A stretch of 13,440 nucleotides of DNA from an uncultured Chloroflexia bacterium. GTDB lineage: Bacteria; Chloroflexota; Dehalococcoidia; DSTF01; JALHUB01. The stretch is taken from NCBI GenBank assembly GCA_963726245.1, contig CAVSBT010000021.1, positions 1 through 13,440 of the forward strand. The letters are read 5' to 3'. The notes under the pieces were generated by a model that had not been told where the DNA came from, did not search any database, and saw only the letters and a program-made list of their open reading frames with translations. A program made the translations under genes and the position numbers. Below are positions 1 through 6,993 of the stretch, in pieces. Numbering within the stretch: the stretch's first letter is position 1; each line of letters begins with the position of its first letter.

Positions 1-575
1 CCTTCTTTCGAGCACGGTCAGGAGGTTCTGGTCCGGTCGGGGACGGGCAGGGAAATGGGGGAGTTCCCGCCTCCTTCCGGGCCGCTGCCGTCTACTACAC
101 CGGGCACGCCGAGCCCGTGACGATCCCGAGGAACATTCCAGGGCTGGAGGAGGTAACCCTGAAAGGCGGCATCTGGCCCAGGTGGCTGTCTAGAGCGGGT
201 ATTTCGCTGGTGCGAGTGGGCCTGCTGCGCGGCGACGGTAGCCAGAAGTTCTGGGCTGATTTCTTCTATCGGGTGCTGCCCCGGCTGCCGGGGGGAAAGT
301 GCACGGTTTCGGGTTACCGGGTAGATGTGTGGGGAGAGAAGGACGGCCGTGAGGCGCACTGCTGGTATGCTGGTGTGGACCGCATGAAGCGCGTCACCAG
401 CATTCCCACCGCCCTCGGCGCGGTCATGCTGGCCCGCGGCGAGATCGAGCAGCGAGGCGTCTTCTCCCCCGACGCGCTCATTGACCCAGATACGATCCTG
501 TCCAGGCTACAGCCGTACGGCGTCGAGGTGGAGCGACACGAAGCTGATATGGTTGACCCGCAAGAGAAGGCGTAG
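1..575 (+). CDS. Saccharopine dehydrogenase-family protein, C-terminal part (5'-truncated by window; apparent frameshift near 85-92)
   Basis: Frame 1 reads PSFEHGQEVLVRSGTGREMGEFPPPSGPLP, then frame 3 reads VYYTGHAEPVTIPRNIPGLEEVTLKGG...MKRVTSIPTALGAVMLARGEIEQRGVFSPDALIDP. The H-x-E-P-V-T-I-P and T-x-I-P-x-A...G-V-F-x-P motifs are typical of the family C-terminal domain. Stop TAG at 573-575. Confidence 0.75.
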   Translation, partial: FFRARSGGSGPVGDGQGNGGVPASFRAAAVYYTGHAEPVTIPRNIPGLEEVTLKGGIWPRWLSRAGISLVRVGLLRGDGSQKFWADFFYRVLPRLPGGKCTVSGYRVDVWGEKDGREAHCWYAGVDRMKRVTSIPTALGAVMLARGEIEQRGVFSPDALIDPDTILSRLQPYGVEVERHEADMVDPQEKA

Positions 576-708
576 GTATCCTAGAATATAGGACGCTGCG
601 ACACGGCCCCTACTCAGGGGCCGGCCGCTTCTGTGGCAGGAAAGGGTCCATGGCCGCTGGGTTCAAAGAGAAGGGTAGTGATGCGCGGAGAGGGCCGGGA
701 AGGGGCGG

Positions 709-1254
709 GTGCCGCCCGGCCAGAAGGTGGTGCAGGACTGGCCGGTGCTCAGCTACGGAGATGTCCCCCGCATCGACCTGAGGGAGTGGACCTTCTCGGT
801 GAGCGGACTGGTCGAGGGGGAGCGTACTTTCACCTGGGAGGAGTTCACCAGCCTGCCACAGGTGACCATCGACTCCGACATCCACTGCGTGACGCGCTGG
901 AGCCGGCTGGACAACCGCTGGGAGGGCGTCGCCACCAAGGAAGTGGTGAGACTCGCGCGACCCAGGCCGGAGGCGTGCTTCGTCATGGTTCACTGCTACG
1001 GCGGCTACACCACCAACCTTCGCCTGGACGACCTCCTCGATAACGACGCGCTCTTCGCGCTCAAGCACGACGGCCAGCCCCTGCCGCCCGAGCACGGCGG
1101 TCCCCTGCGACTGGTGGTGCCCAAGCTCTACTTCTGGAAGAGCGCCAAGTGGGTCCGCGGGCTGGTCTTTGTGGACTGGGAGCGCGCCGGCTTCTGGGAG
1201 ACGCATGGCTACCACATCCGCGGCGACCCCTGGAAGGAACAGCGCTACTCTTAG
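709..1254 (+). CDS. Sulfite oxidase-like molybdopterin-binding oxidoreductase (YuiH/MsrP-like catalytic domain)
   Basis: Motifs PPGQ...WPVL, DIHCVTRWS (Mo-ligand Cys), YTTNL, HGGPLRLVVPKLYFWKSAKW and GFWE..GYH.RGDPWKEQRY. The true start may be upstream (ATG 650 after AGGAAAGG) if the G-rich stretch at ~650-708 contains an indel. Confidence 0.9.
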   Translation: MPPGQKVVQDWPVLSYGDVPRIDLREWTFSVSGLVEGERTFTWEEFTSLPQVTIDSDIHCVTRWSRLDNRWEGVATKEVVRLARPRPEACFVMVHCYGGYTTNLRLDDLLDNDALFALKHDGQPLPPEHGGPLRLVVPKLYFWKSAKWVRGLVFVDWERAGFWETHGYHIRGDPWKEQRYS

Positions 1255-1258
1255 TCAC

Positions 1259-1286
1259 CTTCCTCCTCAAGTCTACGAGGAGGAAG
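1259..1286 (+). promoter_or_regulatory. Perfect 10-bp hairpin occluding the Shine-Dalgarno sequence of the MFS gene
   Basis: CTTCCTCCTC (1259-1268), 8-nt loop, GAGGAGGAAG (1277-1286). The right arm is the SD ahead of GTG 1294. Confidence 0.6.
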
Positions 1287-1293
1287 ACCCGAC

Positions 1294-2611
1294 GTGAGGT
1301 TCTCGGTGTTTCAGGCGCCGCACCCGGCGACACCCCTTGTAGCGGCGGAAGCCCTCGCCCAGCAACGTGGTGCGGCGAGGACCCTCGCGGGTACCTTCCG
1401 CTCGTTGCGGAACTACAACTACCGGCTGTTCTTCTTCGGCCAGATGATCTCCCTCACCGGGACGTGGATGCAGACCATCGGCCAGGCATGGCTGGTGCTG
1501 GACCTTACGCACTCGCCGCTGGCCCTGGGCACGGTGACGATGCTCCAGTTCCTGCCCATCTCTCTCCTCGTCCTGTTCGGCGGCGTCATCGCCGACAAGG
1601 TGCCGAAGCGCCGCCTGCTGGTTCTTACGCAGACGGCTGCCATGACGCAGGCGTTCGTCCTGGCGTTCCTCACGTGGAGCGGCCTCATAGCTCTGTGGCA
1701 GATCTACGTGCTGGCGACAATGTTGGGGTTGACCAACGCCCTTGACAACCCCACTCGCCAGGCCTTCGTGGTGGAGATGGTGGGCCGCGACGACATAATG
1801 AATGCGGTGGCCCTTAACTCCAGTATGTTCAACAGCGCCCGCCTCATCGGGCCGGCGTTAGGCGGCGTGGTCATCGCAGTGGTCGGGGTTGCCGCCGGCG
1901 TTCTTCATCAATGGCGTCAGCTTCATCGCCGTCATCATCGGACTGCTGCTGATGAAGCCGCGCCTCTTGTATCCGGCGCCGCGAAGCGGAGAGGGGCACC
2001 TCTTGGAGCAGCTTGCCGAAGGGCTCCGTTACTCGCTGCGGACCCCCCCTATCCTGCTGATCCTGATCCTGATGGCGGCCATCGGGACGTTTGGGTACAA
2101 CTTCACGGTGGTCTTGCCGCTGCTGGCACGAAACGTCCTCCACGTAGGCTCCATCGGCTTCGGCGCGATGACCTCGGCTATGGGCGTCGGTTCGCTGGTG
2201 GCGGCGCTTACCCTGGCGACCCTCAGGAAGCCGTCCCGCCGGACGCTCCTCATCGGTGCGACGGCCTTCGCTGCCCTCCTGGCGGCGGTCGCTGCCTCGC
2301 ATTCGTACGTGCTGACACTGGTCCTGCTGGTGGCCCTGGGGGTGGCGAGCATCAGCTTCACAGCAACGGCGAACAGCAGCCTCCAGATCAGCGCTCCGGA
2401 CCACCTGAGGGGCCGGGTCATGAGCCTGTACATGCTGCTGTTCGCGGGAACCACCCCGATCGGCGGTCAACTTACCGGCGTCATGGCGGAGCGCATCGGC
2501 GTGCAGCCTACTGTCGGCATCGAAGCCGCCATCTGCGCGGTCGGCATTGCGGCGGCGCTTGCCTACCTCGCCGCCCACCGCGCCCCTGCCCGGGCCGAGA
2601 TCTCCGCCTAG
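1294..2611 (+). CDS. MFS transporter (MFS_3/DUF894-like), split by a +1 frameshift at ~1891-1894
   Basis: N-half FRSLRNYNYRLFFFGQMISLTGTWMQ...GGVIADKVPKRRLL...DNPTRQAFVVEMVG...NAVALNSSMFNSARLIGPALGG continues in the next frame as PAFFINGVSF...LQISAPDHLRGRVMSLY. Multiple hydrophobic helices. Confidence 0.9.
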
Positions 2612-2664
2612 AGCTCGAACCCCAAACCTTACCCGGCCCGCGAAGAGCCACAGGCGTTGGTTGT

Positions 2665-2705
2665 GTTATGTCAACACGCCTTCGGTGACGCCTTGAACTG
2701 CCCAC
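2665..2705 (+). repeat. Degenerate direct repeat, copy A (XerD-arm-like TTATGTCAAC)
   Basis: GTTATGTCAACACGCCTTCGGTGACGCCTTGAACTGCCCAC aligns without gaps to 6687-6727 at 30/41 positions by hand count; the first 10 bp are identical. Confidence 0.55.
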
Positions 2706-2766
2706 CCCTTGACTCGCGGGTGTACAATACGCCTATCCCCGCCATTGTTCCGTCAGGAGGTGCAAC
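2705..2766 (+). promoter_or_regulatory. Duplicated promoter/leader/RBS element, copy 1
   Basis: CCCCTTGACTCGCGGGTGTACAATAC...TCCCCGCCA...GGAGGTG-N4-ATG; homologous to 4004-4063. Confidence 0.75.
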
Positions 2767-3894
2767 ATGAGGCGGCTGGCAATCGCAGCGGTAGGTCTTG
2801 CCCTGGTGGTGCTTGCCGCATGCGGTGGCGGACAGCAAGAAGTCACGCCGACCGAGATACCCGCGCCTACGCCCACTCAAGGCTTGTCAGCCACACCTGC
2901 CCATACACCGCAAGCTCACATTGTGACTCCTACGCTCTCCGCAGAGGAGATACGACTTGTTGAACCCGGCGTTTACCTGGTCGACCCTGAAGACAAGACG
3001 GCAACCCGTCTTACCTCTGGTAACGATGATGCGGCTCCAGCCTGGTCGCCGGACGGGCAGCTTATCGCTTTTGCCCGGCCGGGTGCGATATATGTGATAA
3101 ACCGTGACGGAGGCAATGAGACTCGCTTGGCGGAGGGCAGCAGACCTTTCGCTTGGTCCCCCGACGGCCGCATTGCCTTTCGAGGAAGAAGCAATGACCT
3201 GTACGTGGTCGGCGCCGACGGCACGGGTCTGGTGAACCTCACCGAAGGACGTGTGCGGCTCCGCCTAGGGGGACTCAGCGGCCTCTCGTGGTCACCTGAC
3301 GGTCAACGTATCGCCTTCGTCGCGGACGGTTCCATCTACGTCATCGGTGACGATGGAGGGAGTCTGACCCGGTTACAGACCGGCGAAGCGCAACCGGAAC
3401 AGATGGGCGGGGCCCCCTCCTGGTCTGCCGACGGCACGTCCGTCCTCACGACAGCCTGGTTCACAAACGAGCGTGGAGTCACAGACGTGCCTGACATTCT
3501 TGCCCTCAAAGCGGATGGAAGCGGGGCTACACCAATCGCGAAGACACCTGCGAACGAAAGTGATGCGGCCTGGTCGCCAGACGGTAGTAGGCTTGCCTAC
3601 TGGGTTCACGGTGGCACGCCGCGACAGGCCGTCCATGTGGTGGATGCTGATGGCACCGATGAGGCAACCGTCTTCGAAAGCGACAGCCCCAACGGTTTTC
3701 TGGGCAACGTGCCCAGTTGGTCGGCAGACGGCAAACATCTAGCTTTCCTTGGCGAAGGCAACATCCTGTGCACAGTGGATGCCGACGGAAGCAATCGGCG
3801 GGTGCTGGTGCGCCTCGCTTGCTCGGGCGGCCCCGCAGCCTGGTCTCCCGACGGCGGTGCGATTGCCGTCTCGGTGGGCATTTGTGGAGAATAG
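2767..3894 (+). CDS. Lipoprotein with TolB-like/PD40 beta-propeller repeats
   Basis: RBS AGGAGG; signal peptide with lipobox LAAC; Pro/Thr-rich linker; seven (P/A/S)WS(P/A)DG repeats, most followed by IAF/LAF and YV..DG motifs. Confidence 0.9.
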   Translation: MRRLAIAAVGLALVVLAACGGGQQEVTPTEIPAPTPTQGLSATPAHTPQAHIVTPTLSAEEIRLVEPGVYLVDPEDKTATRLTSGNDDAAPAWSPDGQLIAFARPGAIYVINRDGGNETRLAEGSRPFAWSPDGRIAFRGRSNDLYVVGADGTGLVNLTEGRVRLRLGGLSGLSWSPDGQRIAFVADGSIYVIGDDGGSLTRLQTGEAQPEQMGGAPSWSADGTSVLTTAWFTNERGVTDVPDILALKADGSGATPIAKTPANESDAAWSPDGSRLAYWVHGGTPRQAVHVVDADGTDEATVFESDSPNGFLGNVPSWSADGKHLAFLGEGNILCTVDADGSNRRVLVRLACSGGPAAWSPDGGAIAVSVGICGE

Positions 3895-3903
3895 CGAGCC
3901 TAG

Positions 3904-4011
3904 GTCATCGCCGTGCTCTCCGACAAGGGCTTCGGCGACGACGCCGACGTCCTCATCACGGAGCTCTCGCGCACGGTGTGGGAGCACTACGGGACGCTCC
4001 GCGCCCCTTGA
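3904..4011 (+). pseudogene. 3' remnant of a serine hydrolase (class A beta-lactamase-like) gene
   Basis: Start-less 35-codon frame VIAVLSDKGFGDDADVLITELSRTVWEHYGTLRAP* with GC-ending codons, preceded by an in-frame TAG. It resembles the final strand and helix of the beta-lactamase fold (YVIAVL...LIxELSRxVYxY). Family assignment is by eye. Confidence 0.55.
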
Positions 4012-4063
4012 CTCGCGGGTGTATAATGCATGTGTCCCCGCCAGCCCTGGTGGGAGGTGTTCC
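4004..4063 (+). promoter_or_regulatory. Duplicated promoter/leader/RBS element, copy 2
   Basis: CCCCTTGACTCGCGGGTGTATAATGC...TCCCCGCCA...GGAGGTG-N4-ATG; consensus TATAAT at 4022-4027. Confidence 0.75.
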
Positions 4064-6577
4064 ATGTGGCGTGCATTCCTCGTGGCACTGGCCGCTGGCG
4101 GCGTCCTGCTGGCCGTCGCCTTCCCCCGGGCCCCCTGGCGCAGCGACGCCCTTTCCCTCTCGGACGACCCCACTCTCCTCTCCCAGACGGTCAGCGCGGG
4201 CGGTTATCACACCTGCGGGGTGAAGACGGACGGCACCCTGGCCTGCTGGGGCAGGAACGACTACGGGGAGGCGACGCCGCCCGCCGGCACATTCAGCCAG
4301 GTCAGCGCCGGCGGTTATCATACCTGCGGGGTGAGGACGGACGGCACCCTCGGCTGCTGGGGGTACGACTACTACGGCCAGGCGACGCCCCCCGCCGGCA
4401 CCTTCAGCCAGGTCAGCGCGGGCGATTTTCACACCTGCGGGCTGAGGACGGACGGCACGCTGGCCTGCTGGGGGGACAACTACCACGGGCAGGCGACCCC
4501 CCCGGCCGACACCTTCAGCCGGGTCAGCGCGGGCGGTTATCACACCTGCGGGGTGAGGTCGGACGGAACGCTCGCCTGCTGGGGGTGGAACGACTCAGGG
4601 CAGGCGACGCCCCCCGCCGGCACCTTCGGTCAGGTCAGCGCGGGCGGTTACCACACCTGCGGGGTGAGGACGGACGGCACGCTGGCCTGCTGGGGGGAAG
4701 ACAACTTTGGGCAGGCGACGCCCCCCGCCGGCACCTTCGGCCGGGTCAGCGCGGGCGGTCTTCACACCTGCGGGGTGAGCACGGACGGCACGCTGGCCTG
4801 CTGGGGGGACAACGACTGGGGGCAGGCGACGCCCCCGGCCGGCACCTTCAGTCAGGTCAGCGCGGGCGGTGCTCACACCTGCGGTGTGAGGACGGACGGC
4901 ACCCTGGCCTGCTGGGGGTTGAACAACTACGGGCAGGCCACGCCCCCCAGCGGGACCTTCAGCCCACGGCAGGTCAGCGCGGGCCAGGATGACACCTGCG
5001 GTGTGAGGACAGACGGCACCCTGGCCTGCTGGGGGAGGAACAACTGGGGGCAGGCGACGCCCCCGGCCGGCACCTTCAGCCAGGTCAGCGCGGGCGGTAG
5101 TCACACCTGCGGTGTGAGGACGGACGGCACCCTGGCCTGCTGGGGGGCCAACGTCGAAGGGCAGGCGACGCCCCCGGCCGGCACCTTCAGCCAGGTCAGC
5201 GCGGGCGGTAGTCACACCTGCGGTGTGAGGACGGACGGCACCCTGGCCTGCTGGGGGAGGAACAACTGGGGGCAGGCGACGCCCCCGGCCGGCACCTTCA
5301 GCCAGGTCAGCGCGGCCTATGGTGACACGTGCGGGGTGAGGACGGACGGCACTCTGGCCTGCTGGGGGTGGAACGACTACGCGCAGGCGACGCCCCCCGC
5401 CGGCACGTTCAACCAGGTCAGCGCGGGCGATTATCACACCTGCGGGGTGAAGACGAACGGCACCCTCGCCTGCTGGGGGATCAACGAGGACGGGCGGGCG
5501 ACGCCCCCCGCCGGCACCTTCAGCCAGGTCAGCGCAGGCTGGGCGCACACCTGCGGGGTGAGGACGAACGGCACCCTGGCCTGCTGGGGGAGGAACGACA
5601 ACGGAATGGCGACGCCCCCCGCCGGCACCTTCAGCCAGGTCAGCGCGGGCAGTAGTCACACCTGCGGCGTGAGGACGGACGGCACCCTGGCCTGCTGGGG
5701 GTTGAACAACAACGGGCAGGCGACGCCCCCCGCCGGCACGATCGTCATCGTGAAGGCCACACAGCCGGCGGGCGGCAGCGGCTTCGGCTTCAGCGATAAC
5801 ATCGCGGCGCCCAACGGCTTCAGCCTCGACGACGGAGGCACGAAGACCTTCAGCAACGTCTTCACGGATACCTACACGGTGACTGAGGACGACCCACAAG
5901 TGAGCCCGGGCGACTTCGCCCTCACCAGCCTGACCTGCACTGACCCCGACGGCGGCTCCAGCGTTGACCCGGGCGCCAGGAAGGCCACGATAGACCTCGA
6001 CGCCGGGGAGACGGTGACCTGCACCTTCACCAATTGCCTCGCCCTTAACGGGGACGGCATCGGCTCCTACGTAGACGACTCCGACGCCGACGGTCTTACT
6101 GACGCTGCTGAACTCACAGTAGGCCTGGCACCGAACCCCTGCGCCGACACCGACGGCGACGGCTGCTCGAAGGAGGAACGGACGGGCCCACCGCCTGCCG
6201 GCTCCACCGGCCCGTACAACCCACTCGCCTGGTACGACTTCTACGACGTGCCGGTGGCCGCCAATCCGGACATGACGCCTAACGGCCCCAGGAACAAGGC
6301 CGTCACCATGGGCGACGTGATGGCGATCCTATTCTACGTGAATGCCTACAACGGCGGCCCGCCGAACGGCCACGGTGTCGCCTACGACAGCGTGAAGGGC
6401 TCGTGTGACTGGAACGGGGACACTGTTCCCGACAAGGAGGGCATCTGCTACGACCGTTCGCCCAGCGCGCCGCCCAACCCGCCTTGGGACGTCGGCCCGC
6501 CAAATGGCGCAGTGAACATGCCAGATGTGATGGCGGCGCTGGTCCAGGTTAACTTGGATTGCAGCGGGTCGCCGTAG
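4064..6577 (+). CDS. Secreted/surface protein: 14 RCC1/BLIP-II repeats + prealbumin/SpaA-like Ig domain + Ca-binding DxDxDG motifs + flexitail-like C-terminal domain
   Basis: GGAGG RBS before ATG 4064 (preferred over the 3749 ORF start, which overlaps the upstream gene); signal peptide MWRAFLVALAAGGVLLAVAF. Repeats QVSAGxxHTCGVRTDGTLACWGxNxxGQATPPAGTFS; IVIVK...YTVTE...LTSLTC...GETVTCTFTN; DSDADGLTDAAE and DTDGDGC; YNPLAWYDFYDV...NGAVNMPDVMAALVQVNLDC. Confidence 0.9.
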   Translation: MWRAFLVALAAGGVLLAVAFPRAPWRSDALSLSDDPTLLSQTVSAGGYHTCGVKTDGTLACWGRNDYGEATPPAGTFSQVSAGGYHTCGVRTDGTLGCWGYDYYGQATPPAGTFSQVSAGDFHTCGLRTDGTLACWGDNYHGQATPPADTFSRVSAGGYHTCGVRSDGTLACWGWNDSGQATPPAGTFGQVSAGGYHTCGVRTDGTLACWGEDNFGQATPPAGTFGRVSAGGLHTCGVSTDGTLACWGDNDWGQATPPAGTFSQVSAGGAHTCGVRTDGTLACWGLNNYGQATPPSGTFSPRQVSAGQDDTCGVRTDGTLACWGRNNWGQATPPAGTFSQVSAGGSHTCGVRTDGTLACWGANVEGQATPPAGTFSQVSAGGSHTCGVRTDGTLACWGRNNWGQATPPAGTFSQVSAAYGDTCGVRTDGTLACWGWNDYAQATPPAGTFNQVSAGDYHTCGVKTNGTLACWGINEDGRATPPAGTFSQVSAGWAHTCGVRTNGTLACWGRNDNGMATPPAGTFSQVSAGSSHTCGVRTDGTLACWGLNNNGQATPPAGTIVIVKATQPAGGSGFGFSDNIAAPNGFSLDDGGTKTFSNVFTDTYTVTEDDPQVSPGDFALTSLTCTDPDGGSSVDPGARKATIDLDAGETVTCTFTNCLALNGDGIGSYVDDSDADGLTDAAELTVGLAPNPCADTDGDGCSKEERTGPPPAGSTGPYNPLAWYDFYDVPVAANPDMTPNGPRNKAVTMGDVMAILFYVNAYNGGPPNGHGVAYDSVKGSCDWNGDTVPDKEGICYDRSPSAPPNPPWDVGPPNGAVNMPDVMAALVQVNLDCSGSP
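4187..5740 (+). repeat. Coding tandem array of 14 x 111 bp (37 aa), with a 6-bp insertion between units 7 and 8
   Basis: Unit starts at 4187, 4298, 4409, 4520, 4631, 4742, 4853, 4970, 5081, 5192, 5303, 5414, 5525, 5636. Extra CCACGG (Pro-Arg) at 4964-4969. Confidence 0.95.
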
Positions 6578-6686
6578 GAAGCTACCTCACCGCCTGGCTG
6601 TGGTGCGCGTGGTAGGGCCAGCGACCCCGGCCTGGCCAACGCCCACCGGGGCGACCCGTGGTGATGACCTGAGGCTCACCGGCGGG

Positions 6687-6727
6687 GTTATGTCAAGAGG
6701 CTTTCAGCGATGCCTCTTGCTGCCCGC
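6687..6727 (+). repeat. Degenerate direct repeat, copy B (XerD-arm-like TTATGTCAAG)
   Basis: GTTATGTCAAGAGGCTTTCAGCGATGCCTCTTGCTGCCCGC; matches 2665-2705. Confidence 0.55.
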
Positions 6728-6771
6728 TTGGCGAGCGGCCCTGCGACCCTACCCTTCTCCCCTGTGCGCGG

Positions 6772-6801
6772 TTGCCGGGCGCCACAGACTGCCCCTATAC
6801 T
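6772..6801 (+). promoter_or_regulatory. Putative sigma70 promoter of tRNA-Glu
   Basis: TTGCCG-N18-TATACT ending 9 nt before the tRNA. Confidence 0.6.
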
Positions 6802-6810
6802 GACTCCGGT

Positions 6811-6886
6811 GCCCCCATCGTCTAGTGGCCTAGGACGCCACCCTTTCAAGGTGGAAGCGGGGGACCGATTCCCCCTGGGGGCACCA
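6811..6886 (+). tRNA. tRNA-Glu(TTC)
   Basis: Acceptor stem GCCCCCA/TGGGGGC plus ACCA; D-arm GTCTAGTGGCCTAGGAC; anticodon arm CCACC-CTTTCAA-GGTGG; T-stem GGGGG/CCCCC with atypical loop ACCGATT. Confidence 0.93.
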
Positions 6887-6993
6887 AATTAGCCCAACAC
6901 CTGCGAAGACCAGCGCATCCTTGTACCGGTGACGCGCTCATGCGCGCGTATCCCAGGCACCGCGCAGCGAACGCTCTAAGGAGTGGCTACACA

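Noticed and set aside
1885-1900. Programmed ribosomal frameshifting in MFS (and at 9195, 11250)
   Set aside because: No slippery heptamer or shared signal, and these families are normally encoded by continuous ORFs.
2609-2674. IS5 or IS200/IS605 end remnant (CTAG, TTAC...TCAA)
   Set aside because: Only 4-mer matches, no matching second end and no transposase fragment.
2612-2700. Integron attC site (GTTATGT core, bulged hairpin 2652-2681); likewise 6580-6693
   Set aside because: No complementary RYYYAAC inverse core at a suitable position and no intI gene. The hairpin may simply be a terminator-like stem.
3749-4063. N-terminal extension of the 942-aa ORF
   Set aside because: It overlaps the upstream gene and the promoter element; ATG 4064 has an RBS and begins a signal peptide.
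4187-5740. CRISPR array (constant segments alternating with variable ones)
   Set aside because: The period is 111 bp and in frame within a CDS, the variable parts are only 6-15 nt, and no cas genes are present.
3956-5899. Long alternative-frame and antisense ORFs (4030-4992+, 4595-5899-, 3956-4543-)
   Set aside because: Stop-free shadows of a GC-rich in-frame repeat; Arg/Pro/Gly-rich with no recognisable domain.
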